From: Takakia lepidozioides
Lineage: Eukaryota; Plantae; Bryophyta
Direction of reading: 5' to 3'
Assembly: GCA_030704615.1 (NCBI GenBank)
Contig: CM060734.1
Location: forward strand, 20,956,001 to 21,020,000
Length of the DNA: 64,000 bases
Part shown: positions 51,601 to 64,000 of the stretch, one piece after another
Numbering within the stretch: position 1 is the first letter of the stretch
Layout: the number at the start of each line of letters is the position of its first letter
Made by a program: the position numbers and the translations under genes
Notes under the pieces: model-generated
What the model saw: only the letters and a program-made list of their open reading frames with translations
What the model was told of the DNA's origin: nothing
Database searches by the model: none

Positions 51601-54600
51601 ATGCCATAATTGTCTTGGGGTAGCTGAGTGAGGACGTTGGGGGTACTAGTAGGTAATCCGCATATATGTTTGGTGAGTTGGATAATATTTTTGTCCAGCT
51701 GTCTAATGTCAGGCAGGGAAAATGGGGCTGCATGAAAGGCGTATTGGATTTGTGGGTAGAGGACTTGTTGGATGATAGCTAGTTTGGGACGAATGGATAT
51801 GGGGGATTTGAGAAGGGCTAGGCTTTTGTTGTTTAGTTTAGAGAGGGTTGTTTGCTTTTGGATGGTCCAGGTAAGTGATGGGACTAGAGATTCCTAGGTA
51901 TGTGTAGGGTTCATCGGGTCCTAAAAAGGGAAAAGGTTTTTGCTGGTAATGGATGTGGAGCTTGCAGTGGGAGGCGACCATAGATTTAGTGAATTTGCTA
52001 TTATGTGTGGCGGCAGTGACCGCACATTTGTGAAGACTCAGTTCCATGCCTGACCATTGGTTAAAGCGGGAGAGTTTGTCGACCTGGCGGTTGAGATGTT
52101 GGGGTTTGTGTGCTAGGATACCGAGGTCGTCTGCGTAGGCGGCTGCGGATATTTCGTTAGTAGAGGTTTTGTATTGGTATCCTAAGTTGCCTCGGGCGAG
52201 CCATCTTAGTAATGGTTCAAGGAAGATAATGAAGAGATAGGGGCTCAGCGTGTCCCCTTGGATGGTGCCGCGTAGGATGGGAATTGGGGGGGTGGAGCCA
52301 TAGTAGGAACCAGAATATTTTGTGGTGTTGTTGGTGTAGATGTCACCGATGAGTTGGATGGCGTCGGTGGGGTAACCTAGATCTGACATGATGGCCAATA
52401 ATCTAGGGTGGTCTAGAGAGCCGAAGGCGTTTTTGAAGTCGATGTAGAGGAGGTAGATGTCTTGTTTGGTAAGTTTAGCGTCTTCGAGGGCGGAGATAAC
52501 GTATTGTATCTGACGGATTGTGTTTCGTGTGGCCCGGAACCCTTCTTGGGGGTCGCTTAAAATTTGGTATTGTTCTCCGTAATTAGACATCATCCTTGTT
52601 AGGGTACTGGTGAATAATTTATAGATAGTGTTGGCGAGGGCTATTGGTCTGTAATTACTTAGATCCGTTGGGTCATCTTTTTTGAATATTAGAATAGTTC
52701 GGCTATGTTTCCAAGAGAGTGGGATACGTTTAAGTAGGTAGCAAAGTTGGAAAAATTGAAAGAGGAGAGAATGGAACTGGGGGTCAAATGCTTGTAGGAT
52801 GGCGTTGGGGATTAGATCTGGGCCCGGGGCTTTTGATTTAGAAAGAGCTTTTAGGCATGAGTTGAATAGGTCCTGGGTAAAGAAGTTAATGATGTGGTCT
52901 TCGGGTCGGCCTCGCTTTTCAAGTGAGAAGCCATCAAGATCGTGCCATGGGTAGTGTTTTATTTTACATAAACAGTTGTGTTGGTGTAGGTTAGGGTGCA
53001 AGCAGTTATTGACCGTGGGTGTGTATGAGTCCGAAGCTTGTAGCCAGATTTCATGTCTAATATCCTCAGGGTGGGTTAACAAATGACCAAGTTTGTGTTT
53101 GATGCAGTCGATAGGTGGGTTGATTGCGGGGTTGAAGATGGCTTTGTGAGCTCTTTTGGGGTGATCGTGTAGTAGCTTTCCAAAAGGAAGCGACGAATTT
53201 TTTGTGGTTTTCGGTGGCTTTATGCTTTGTGATGGCATATGCAGCTTTTTTGGCATCCCTTCCAATCTTGGAGAGAGAGGCAGTCCACTGGGGGAGAGCA
53301 AGCGGATCTGTGGGGGGAGCATTAATGGTTGGCAATTGGGAGGGTGTTCAAGGCAGTGATACGTGGGTCGATTTGCCAATTGTTATATGAAGGGGTTGGG
53401 CGAGTAGGAGTGATGGAGAGGGCGCGTCTAATGGAGTGATAGACTGGTGGTCAGCTGGGATATAGTTGAGTTGTAGGTTTTTGGTAAATCTGGCCCATTC
53501 ATGGTCGGTTGAGGATGGGGATATGTGAGCGCCATTGAATGAGTGCCCGGTCATAGCGATATCTCTGTTGAAGTCTCCTGCAAGGATGAGATGATGTTGC
53601 AGATAGTCCGTATGGGTGATTGTATTGGTTATAGTGTGTAGTATGTCGGGTATAAGGGAAAGGTCATCCGTATGGGAAGGCATGTATAGATGTATGAGGA
53701 GGATCGGGCATAAGGATGGGGGGTGTAGTTGTATGATTTGAAGGTGAGATCGGAGAGAGAGAGATATGGTGAGTTTGGTGGTGGTGCGGGGGGAGTGGTG
53801 CGTACGAAGAATACCTAGTGCAAGACCACCCCGGGTAGGTTTGTAGGGTGCGGATCTTCGTAAGGTGCATTGTTGGGCTGTCAAGGGGTTGCCGTATAGG
53901 ATGTAGTAGTTTGGTAATAGTTTATTTATGTAGGAGTTGCTGGTGTGGGTGGTGTGTAGCTTGGTTTCTTGTAGGAGAAAAATGTGTGGCTGTGACGATT
54001 CTGTGAAGAGATGGAAGAGGCTCTATATGCTGGTGGCTAAGGATCAAACATTCCAGGAAGTTATTGTGAGAGTGTTGGGGTGTGGGACGGGGGTAGGGGA
54101 GGTATCGGTAGTGGCGGCGGCAAGTGGGGGTGTCCTGGGTAGTGCCGTTGTGGGGGGTTCGTACCCAGGTATCGGAGTGACTGCCCTGAGTGTGGCAGAG
54201 AGGATGTTTATGGAGAGAAATGGGAATTTTTCGGAGGTGAGGAGGGGATCTTGGGAGGCTGGGGTGACTGTTGGGAGGTGATCCCCTAGAATTTTATGGA
54301 CTGCTCCAGTTGTGGAGTTTAATATGTTGAGAGAGGAGTGGATCTCAGACAAGTAGTGGGGGGGGGGGGGGCTGGTAGTTATGCGGTTGGGGTGGTAATT
54401 GTTGCAGTTGTGATAGGAGGGTGCATATTGGGGTAATCGAGCATGAGTGGAGATAGTTATTACAAATGTCCGGAAGAGGGGAGATGACGACGATGAGGGA
54501 AAAGAGGATATGCGCGGTGGGGAAGGAGTTGAGTTTGGAAAGAGTCTTTGAGAGTGCTGGGTAGAGAGTGGAGGGGAGACCGAATGTTGTGATGTGTTGT

Positions 54601-57600
54601 GTAGGAGTGTGATCAGTAGGCTGACTGGGGGGGGGGAGGCATGAAGTGTTCTGAGATGTGTCGGTAGCGATGTACTAGTGTCATGGAGTTTGGTTGGAAA
54701 TAGAGAGTGTGTCTGTCTTGAGAGTCGATAAGGGTGTCCATAATCTCTTGAATATTAAGAGGGCGGGGGTTGGGGTGTATGTCTCCGCAACGTAGTAATA
54801 ATAGATTTGAACAAATACTTGAGTACAGGTTGGTTGGGGCAGGGGGATGGTGGTAGAAGTGTTTTGATTTTTCTGGGTGTAGTGGATACCGACCATAGGG
54901 GCAGTGGGTGAGGGGTTGTACTTGGTGATATACTATATGGACTATTTTGATGGTACATGGTATGGTAAAGGGGGTCGGGTTGGGGGGGTTTGTGGAGGGC
55001 GAGCCAAGTGCGGGTAGAGTAGCTGGTAGAGATAGAGTGGGTAGGGGGAATATATTGGGGATGGAGTAAGGGGGGGGGGGGGGGGTTGGTTGCATATACT
55101 TAAGGAAATATGTATGATGTAGGGGGGGAGGGAGTAAGATAACGACTGATGGTGTTGGTTGTCAGTTGGTGGGGGTTGTGGTTTTTGGTGTTGGGGCTAT
55201 AAGGTGAGTAGGCGAGTAGCGTGGATGGGTGGCTTTGGGCAGGGATGTGGATGAACGCATCCACGGATGAATAGGATGGCGGTTGGGTGTATGAGTGCGG
55301 AAGGGTTGGGTTTTATTTGGTGTAGGTACATAGCGCCTTCTATCTTGGGCCATTTGGTTGGGAGGGGGATGGATGATAATCACTTGAAAGAAGAGAACTG
55401 GAGAGTGATGGATGATAATCACTTGAGGGAGAGATGTATACTGATCACTTAAAAAGGAGCTGGAGAGTGATGGATGAAATTCACTGGAAAGAGAGCTGGA
55501 GAGCGGTGGATGATAATCACTTGAAAGAAAGCTGGAGAGTGATGGATGATAAATTACTTAAAAGAGAGCTAGCAGATGATGGATGATAGTCATTTGAAAG
55601 ACCTTGTGAAAGAGAGTGGTATTGTTGGGTGATAGTAATTGAGTGAATCCAGGCGTGATAGTAAATGATGTGAGTAGCAGTGAAATAAGCTTCAGGTAAG
55701 CTGGTTGGATGAAATATTTTTATTGGGATTTCCATCAAGGTGTGAAAACGGGTCTTGGCGGATGGATGAAACCTCGGTTATAGGTGACGAAGGGATGATG
55801 GGAGGGGTTTTGGATGAGTGCGTGTATATGTGGGAATGGGTATGTTATAGGGTGCAGATAGGTGTGGGGGCTAGAGAGGGGGGGGGGGGGTAGGTTGTGT
55901 GGATGAATGTTGATGGGGGTGACGGATGGGATTCCTGTCAGTTCGGGGGATAGCGGGGCAGAGGGGATGTACAGCCTACCGGTCAGGGGGGTAGGGCGGG
56001 TTGCCAAGAAAGAGGTGAGGTGTGAATGAGGGTGGGTGAGGGGCGGCTGTGGGTGATACGTGTTAGGGGTAGAGTGGGTGGGTGGTGGTAGGTGCGGGCC
56101 AGTTTGTATGAATTCAAAAAGGCGCTAATAGAAGCTATTCTGGAGCGTGGGTGTGGAGAGGTCAGCTCGAGTGGGTTCTAGGCAGTACAGATCTGGAGAT
56201 TTGAGCCTGATTGCGTCGTTGATGGAACTCGTGTAGCTTGCCACCGGGGCTGGCTGGTACTGAAGGGGATGGACCCTTATGGGGGAGAAGCGGCTGTGGA
56301 TGTGGAGTAGAGCGAGATGGGGTGTGTGTTTGCGGGGTGAGCCGTGGGGGTTGAGAGAACGGAGGACGCTGGCAGGTGTGAGATTGCTTGGTGGAGGGTG
56401 AAATGACTTGTGTATTGGTCATGGTGACAGGGTGGGTGGGGTGATTTGGGAACGCAGACTGGCGAGGGTGGTGCATCTTCGACGGGCAGGAGTGGCCAGT
56501 AGTTTGGAGGTTGTTGAACGGGTCCGATTGGGAGCAGGTGTGACTGCCGTGGTGTGGGAGAGTCTACTGTCTCGTATTTGGTAGTGACAGTCAGATAAAA
56601 AGGTCGGGAAGGCGGCACTGAAGTTAGAGATGCGTAGTGAGTGGAGATGTTCTTGCAAGAGAAAAGTGGGAGGATAGACCGGGTAACCATAGATACCTGG
56701 GATTTGAGTCTGGGTCAGGAGAGGTGCTGAATGGACCCAGCAAACGTAGATAGCTGGGTAAACAGGAGAAGGGCAGCAGTGGTAGGATCTTGAGTGGTGG
56801 GAATGCAATCGTGGTGGCCATGTGGGTGGGACGTATTGAGGTTTATTACACGATCCGGGGTTGGAGAGTCCCATATCACAAGTAGCAATGTGGCAGCCGT
56901 GATAGTGTACTCTGCCTGGTGTGATGATAGCTGAGTATGAGTGTAATGTGCGTTGGGAGAGGAGCGAGACGGTATAGAGGTAGATCCATGATTTTGTATT
57001 GAGAGAGAAGGGATTACAAAATAGATGCAACAAATTGAGAGAAGAAGCACTATAAGGCTAGCTGAAATAGTACGCGAGCAGACAAGGTACATACTGTGGG
57101 AAGTTGATTTTTGTTGTGGGTGTGGAATCAGGAAGCTCGGCGGGTGTTCACACATTGGTAGCGGCTGTGTTGAGTGTAATGGTGCCCTCAGGAGGGACGT
57201 TTGTGATGCATAGTACCTGGCCTGGTGGAGTCATCCCACGGGTGTCGGACACAGGTACAGCTTTGGCCAGGGGTGAGTTGGCAATGCTGAAGTGCGGCGG
57301 TGCTGCATGTGTGAGCTCGAGCAAAAGTGAGGGGCGATAGCCTCCGCCTCTCGCCGCGACTGTCGTGTGGTTGGCATCCCCGCACCCCGCAGAGGGGGTG
57401 GCAATTCCTGTTGGTGGCGGTAATTTGTTCAGGACCAAGGTAGCGTGATTGTAAAAGTTAGCCAAGTTGGCCGCCAAGTTCTCTGTAATCGAATCTTGCA
57501 GGGAGACCAAATATGCATGGTGTGCATCCTGCTGGGCTTGAATGGTGGTGGCCACTCTCGTTTCCATGGATGCTAGTTCACCTCTGATGTCGGTGCGAAT

Positions 57601-59980
57601 GGAGATAGCGTAGTCTGCAAGTTTTTTTGTCTATCTTTGTCATCATAAGATCATGGTTGCGGCCCGGGCCAGAGCTGGGCTGGATACTGATGGAGTTGAC
57701 CGTATCTGCTGGAGCCTGGTTAATATTTGCAACTCGCAAACGCTCCAGGATCTCCTTGGCTGGCGGTGCCGAGCCATTAAGACTATGTATGTGAGGTTCA
57801 AATTTGACTCGGCGGTCCACCACCTGAACATGAGGCCTATTACACCACTGGGTGTATATGCTTGGGTTCTTGCAGGTGATTAGCACCATACCCGTGTGCT
57901 TAGTTGTTTCGGATGGTGCGACTTGGTTGAAGTGGAGATGAGCGATGTTGCCCTTGCCGAACAGGGTGTGGAGAGCGTCCGCTATAATAGCCTGGGTGTG
58001 CAATGGGTTGAGATGCTTGACCACCAACGTGAGCGCGTCCCGCTCTGCAACTAGTTCTTGCGGGGTGGCAGTGAGGCCAGTCATACTAGCCTTCTTGGAT
58101 CGCAATTGTGGTTTGATCAGTGTGTGCCTTAAGCGAACTCCTTGGACCAACATGCACTGCTTGGTATCCTCAGAGGCCACGGAGAGTAAGCAGTACTTAG
58201 AGTCCGGGCCTGTCTTGTGCACATGTATAATTTTGTATTCGTCCCCGTGGAAGTACGTCTCCGTGATGAGATGCATGGTAAGTTTGTGGCCAATGGTGCC
58301 AATCAGAGATTCGTTGTTCATGTAGAGAGAGAGATATTCGGTAGAGTCTGGAAGTTCGTAGGCCTTCTCGACCTTCCCTTGGAGTTGGACGCCAGAGGCC
58401 ATTTCCATTACAAAGGCACGGTTTGCCTTTCAGGAGCGCCACACCATCAGTGGCCGGGTGCAGGAGTTCCACCCTTAAAATACCTGACCAAAGTTTGCTC
58501 GTGTGTTTGGTATATGCAATGATCGGTGAATACATGACAGTGCCCAGGGGTATTTTCATATCTTCAAATCGCTTGTGAGCTCGGTACAGAGCTTGCTCCT
58601 TGGGCATGGCGGTGTCCTTGTCAAACCTTATCAGGATGTGATATGGTGTTGCAGAAAGGCCAGAGTCCGGGTCAACTATGGTTCCTTTTGGAAGTTGGGT
58701 GAGAGGGTAGAGCTGCCCCTCTCGCCCATCCGGCCGTGATGCTGGGAAGAAGAGCTGCGGCACAAGGGGGTAAGCCTTGAGGCAGTACCGAATATCGTAA
58801 ATTTCAGATGGACATAGGCCCAGCGCCTGGAGTTCCGCCGCCCTTCTGTGATGAAGGGTAACTCGGCAACTTCTGCGTGCTTCTGGAGCGTTTGGTAGCC
58901 GAACCAAAGCTGGGGCCCGCTTGGAGGGCTAGAGGTATCCATGAGTGGCGACGGATCTTGGCCGGGAGAGAGGCCCCGTGATTTTTTCGGGTCCGAGTGA
59001 GAGCTCCCTGCCTCACTGTTGAGAGTACTCGATGCACGTTTGTTCCCTGGGCTGGTGTTGTGCAGTTCCGCTGGTGGAGTAGGTGTCAGCAGGTGTGGAG
59101 AGGTCGGTAGAGCTTTCGTTAGGACTGGGTTGTCGGCTGTATGCGCTTTGTGAGCAGCTAAACGTTTTTGTGCAGATCGTGTCTGATAGGCGTGTTCGGA
59201 GGCCAAGAAGCGTTCATCGGATTCGTGCACGTCGTTGATATCAGCGTCACCTTTAGCCAGGTACTGCATATCTGCATCGTCGTCATTGCGGCATGTCATT
59301 TTGGCCGAGGTGCTGAGAGCTCGATTGGATTTGGAGGGAGACTTTCTACTGCGTAGCCGTTTGTTTTTGGAGCGGGGTTGCTTCTGGATGCAGCCAGATC
59401 GTTTTTGGATGCTACTGGAGCGGTTGCTCGACATACAGGAGGGAGGGCAGAGTGGAGGAGGAGAATGTGGAGCTACGGATGTGTGAGGGTTGTGGAAAGG
59501 GTGGCAGAGGCGGGGCTGGGTGGCAGATGTGAAGATAGAGTTTGCACGATGGAAGAGTGGGGAGAGTACGATGGAGGGCGGAGTGTTAAGCAGATTGCAG
59601 GTGAGACTGTAGGAGCGGGAGTGCAGGGCACACAGAGGGTGAGAGATGGACTTGAGACAGCCGTAGGTTGTGGTGGTTGGAATTGAGATGGGTGGGGGTA
59701 TATATGAGATAGACTGGTGATTTTTATGGACGAGCGATACTGGCTGGCCAGCCATGTAATTTTCTTAATATAAGTTGTGCCTGCAAGGAAAATTGTCAAA
59801 CGAAGTGTATTATGCATAGATTGGGCTTGTGGGATTATTTGGGGAGTGAGTGTTGAGGGGTGGTGTGCCTGAAAGATGTGAGGATGAGTGAGAGTGCGTT
59901 TTAGGCGTTGGGGGCTGGGTGTTGAGGGGATTCTGGCATAGCAATATGTTGAGAGCTCCTATTCTGTCAGTTAACAGCGA
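48690..59980 (-). mobile_element. Long degenerate non-LTR retrotransposon, Dualen/RandI-like: ORF1 (RRM-like), APE, RT, chromodomain, RNase H, zinc finger, restriction-like endonuclease
   Basis: APE ITSWNV/LQETKL/LAGDFN (53560-54065); RT KAPGPD, NYRPIAL, IDFKNAF, GTIQGDTLSP, AYADD (51838-52860); chromodomain (50640-50790); RNase H YTDGS..RAEL..KVRSHTGINGNKEAD (49485-49860); CPFC..HILSKC..RHN (49015-49115); RLCPYIL..IEFTYCHD (48737-48850). The ends are approximate. Confidence 0.85.
55368..55600. repeat. Minisatellite, about six units of ~36-39 bp (GATGGATGATAATCACTTGAAAGARAGCTGGAGAGT), in the LINE inter-ORF region
   Basis: Read directly from the sequence. Confidence 0.8.
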
Positions 59981-60055
59981 TATTCCATCAGTGACGAAGG
60001 TCAACGAAGGTTAGCAATAACATTTTACCATGCCCAACGAACCTGCCCAATAAAA

Positions 60056-63000
60056 GGACCTACGGCCAGCGAAGGTGGCAATGTCTGCGGTGGTAGATCG
60101 TGGACCGGTTACCAGATTGAGAAAATCAGTTCAACACATATAGCCACCCACCTGCGTCAGCCGAAGGTCCAAGCTGGCCCAAGCCGTCAAGTATGGGGAA
60201 GGATAACTTAAGCACAAATTCCAATTTAACAATTACATCCATGTCATATCCGTCCACCTTCGTCCAACTTAGGTCGATATCAAAATTCTTAGGAGAAAAA
60301 TAATCCGGGGAGAGCTCCTATTATGTCACGTAACATTGCATTTCCATTAGTGAGGAAGGTCAGCTTCGTTCACCATAGGTCTTGGTCAACACCTGGGAAA
60401 CCCTACGTCCACATGCATGCAGGGTATATGCATGTGCACCCAATTCCGAAATTGCCAACATCATATGAGGGTATGAGGGTGTGATAAATGAATTGAGTCT
60501 GGGATAACTTACAAAACTCACACAACTTGGTACTTGGCATTTGAAAAGCAGACCTGACACGTGCCGCTCAAACTCATTAGACAAGCACTGGAGAGGCAAC
60601 TGGTAATTCTTGAGTAGTTGTAGAGAATGTTCACTTTAACCTATGTCACTGCAATATCTTCCTTTTGACAGGACCTTAAAGAGTATGTATTATATAGAAG
60701 ACAATCCTACGAGAACTTCAAAGCCTTAAAGATATGTATTTTACAGAACTCCAAACTGTAAAATTGTCGATCAAGCATGTCGATGAAGCTTCACGTAGAT
60801 TCAGTTTCAATGTGTACATGGTTGAGGCACAAAGGTACACGGCACCACACTGAGGCCATTGTACTCAGACACAACATCCGGCAGAAAAAAAACATCCACT
60901 ACTTAGCCCGTTCCCTTCCTGACAAATCTGCTATTCAGTAGTGTCCTCAGATCCCAAATCAATTACAAATTTTGGTAGATCATCGACCAGGCTATCGCTC
61001 ATACTACTACTAGACAGTTCACATGCCTCAGTAGCCTCGTCCAACACATACACAAAGCTACTATTCCCAAACATAGAGTTTTTCTTTGTCCACGTCAACT
61101 GGTCGTCCCACTCATTCTCTCGTATTGATAATGCCTGTCTTTGGGCCTCAGCCTCTGCGTAGATTGGGAGCATCGGAAACTGCTGTGGGGTCATGGGTAT
61201 GTGAGCAACGTACGTACGCAAATCCATCCTCTACCTCCTCACATCTCCGTGCCTGCACAAATGCAGCCATAGGGTCACACTCATAAAAAGAACAGAAACG
61301 ACAAACGAACCAATATTCATACAAGGTTAGTGACATGACTCACTCACACATCACCCTCGCCATCAGATGTGTCCACATACTTCACTGTAGGCCTTCTGGC
61401 AGGTAGCCCAGGAGGTCGTCTTCTCTTCGGACGGCTTCAAAACATCATCGAACACCTCAAAGTCGCTCTCCATTGCGACGATGTGTCTGCCAGATGTGAT
61501 TGCGGCTTTCACTGAGTTTCCTACAATAGCAACGACGTTGGCCAATATAAGATTTCCCATTTCCAGTTTTAAGAGAAGCAGACATATGCATAACGATGGC
61601 CCCTTTAATAGTAGTGAATTTACAAAAGATTGCAGCATAAGGAGTGAATTAATATTACCTGTCGAAGCAGTCAAATCCAAAACCTTGGCCCCCTCAGCTG
61701 AACATAGCTCCATGATTGTCTGGTAGAATGCAGGGGACTTCTCCTTGCGACCTCTATAAGGAGAACCATTTGGTGACATTGTCATCTCAGATGTGGGTAG
61801 AAAATGACACAACATATCAGCGGAGAAACACTCCAGATATTTCGATAGCACACAGCCTTGGTCACTGATTTCAAATCTTGTGCAGGTCCCGAGCACCAAA
61901 CAATGGATGTCGAAGAATAGCGTCTGTGCAGGAACATAGGAAAGGATTACATTTGAAACACTTATAGAGTAATGTACAAAACTATTGTAAGGCATAAAAA
62001 AAGTGATTACCTTTCATGTATTGCACCTCAATCGTCTGTCATTGATGCACGTCCAAGTCCTGAACACTGTCATATCCCTCTTTTTTTTGTGCCTTCGAAT
62101 CGCCGTACGGAGATTGGTTGGCGCGACCAGAATAAAACATCCGTTGCCATCCAGGAAATGGTATGCAATGTCAAATGCATTGAGCATGTTCTCATGGGAA
62201 TACTCATTCCACACAGGAACATGACCAACCTCCGAGCCTACTGCAGGATCAACATGATCAACAACATGACCATCTGGAAGCTCACAGAAAATAATATTGG
62301 CAGATACAGGTATATCTGTTTTCTCATGATTTGCAGATGATTCAGTCTCCAATGCAGAAAGAAACTTGTAGATTGAGACAAGCAAAGACTCATTCTTTCC
62401 AGATCTACATAGTTTTGCCAATGTCTCCAGATCCCCCTGAACCCACAGCACACTCGAAGCTGGAGCCGCTGTAAGAGAACCAATGTACCTTGCAGACCAA
62501 ACAATGTCCTCACCACTACTCCCACTATGCATTCTTTTCATTTGCACTTCCTGCAAGTTTAGAGTCTCCACGATCCGAGCCAGTGGTTGCTTTGTCTCCC
62601 TCATTCCTCCCCTTCACTATAATGTACTGTCTCCTTTCATTCTTCGCAATGGCTAATTCTGCAGCTGCCACCCTTTCATCCTCCAAAGCAGTAGCAGTGT
62701 CCACGGCTTGTTTCAGTCACAGCTTCCAGTTGTTCGGCACAACAGCGGGCTGCGTTCCAGGATTCTCTTCACCAACCTTAGACTCCACCTGGGTAATTTT
62801 CTCCTTCACTCTTGGAGGACCGTCCTTTGGGGGGTAGTCCAGATACCACGGACACAAGTCAGCATGAAGTTGAGTGAGGTTGGCCGTCTGGTCTTTAGAG
62901 AACATAGTGACTTTCTCATTGCCAAGGGTCGTCCACGCCTCAGCAACAAAGGGAAGATTGTCACTCCCGTGGATGTCAAGAAGATACCTACACAAACCAA

Positions 63001-63827
63001 ACAATCAATTTAGTTTGTGCCAATAAGGTCCTCACATAGCATGAATGGGGGTAAGAAGACTTAATCATTCAAATGGGGGGGATTAAGAACGAATTCATGG
63101 ACCGTGATACCCACCTACGTCCACCGAATGTGGGTGACGATACAAGAGGGTATAGGGTCTATGAGGGTATACATGAGGTTATATAATCCCCGAAGAGAAA
63201 TCAAATAATTTGACAATGAAATTGAAATTCCTCACATTTATGCCTTAATTTATGTCTTGTATGGGCCTGCCTAGGAACCACCTACGTCCACCGAAGGTGG
63301 GTGACGAGGCAGCAGGGTTGAGGGTCCATAACATAACCTGGACAAAATGAAATCATGTAATTAAAGAAGAAAATTATTTTTCTCTGATTTACTGCGTATC
63401 TGGCCATTTACTAGGGCCTAACGAGGACACCTAGGTTCACAGAAGATTGGAGAAAATACTAAATAGCACTGGAAAGACAAGAGTTAATTAAAGTAAAACC
63501 TTGTATATTTTTAAATTTAGGATAAAGGGTGACTTTATATTGGGGCCCCTCGAGTAAATTAAAAAATAAGCATTGTTTTACTTTAATTAATTGTTTTCTT
63601 TCCAGTCATAATTAGTTGATGTTGGTCAATGACCCACCTACGTCTACCGAAGGTGGGTGAACGATGCTGGTTGACTTGAAACAACTTATTTCTTTATCAG
63701 GGATTTGTTTTGTGTTTTTGTTATTGGGTTTAGGATCGAAGTCTCTACCACAAATTAAAATAATTTCCATCCTAAGAAGAAGTACATTACGGGCAGTATA
63801 CGACCCACCTGCGTCGAGCGATGGCCG
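60056..63827. repeat. Dispersed 23-bp quasi-palindrome CCACCTWCG-N5-CGWAGGTGG around and within the second cargo gene
   Basis: Copies at 60056, 60148, 60254 and 60360 (downstream) and at 63111, 63278, 63427, 63634 and 63805 (upstream, intronic side). Confidence 0.8.
60905..62987 (-). pseudogene. Second, diverged copy of the methyltransferase-like cargo gene (3' exons; the gene continues upstream, probably beyond the window end)
   Basis: WYLDYPP, ANIIFCELPDG, VFRTWTCIN, FEISDQGC, PYRGRKEKSPAFYQTIMELCS..KVLDLTASTG|NSVKAAITSGRHIVAMES and terminal RKGTG*. Intron positions are shared with copy 1 (61521-61658, 61924-62010, and from 62988). Confidence 0.8.
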
Positions 63828-64000
63828 TAGTTTTGGGCAAGCCAGAACGTTTCTATGTACCTTCGGGAAGGTTGGAGGGTTCAGAAGCGTCATTACATTT
63901 ACGAGAGCACCGGGTGAGTGTGGTAAGAGTAGGATTATGGGTGAGTTCGCACCTGTACAGCAACTTTTTGGCAGCACGAGGTCCACCTGATTCGTCAGAC

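Noticed and set aside
55600-57150. Several Pro/His/Thr-rich minus-strand ORFs as genes
   Set aside because: Explained by the strong C/A skew of the LINE strand; no recognisable motif.

Overview
Repeat-rich nuclear DNA from a land plant, probably a non-seed plant (inferred from the PLS-type PPR style and transposon repertoire). There is one intact host gene: a 15-exon glutamate-cysteine ligase (GSH1, 14369-22839, +, 545 aa by my splicing). Host-derived remnants are a Tousled-like kinase fragment and a degenerate tandem locus in which OSB-type PDF motifs alternate with PLS PPR arrays. The rest is mobile DNA: an L1-type LINE with an internal inversion, an RTE-like LINE in a GSH1 intron, copia and gypsy fragments, a TTAA-flanked piggyBac-type element, transposase relics, and a ~11 kb dual-endonuclease (Dualen/RandI-like) LINE with a chromodomain. 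The highlight is an 11.4 kb Mutator-like element (32548-43985, 9-bp TSD). It carries a GCM-DDE-SWIM transposase and a divergent, intron-containing cargo gene with a ParB-like domain and a beta-class N4C/N6A DNA methyltransferase-like domain, whose introns hold 10 copies of a 22-bp palindrome. A second, diverged copy of this cargo gene (60905->64000, -) shares intron positions but carries a different 23-bp palindrome in the equivalent intron. This suggests a transposon-encoded, sequence-specific self-marking or anti-silencing system. All domain calls come from motif recognition by eye; no database search was run.
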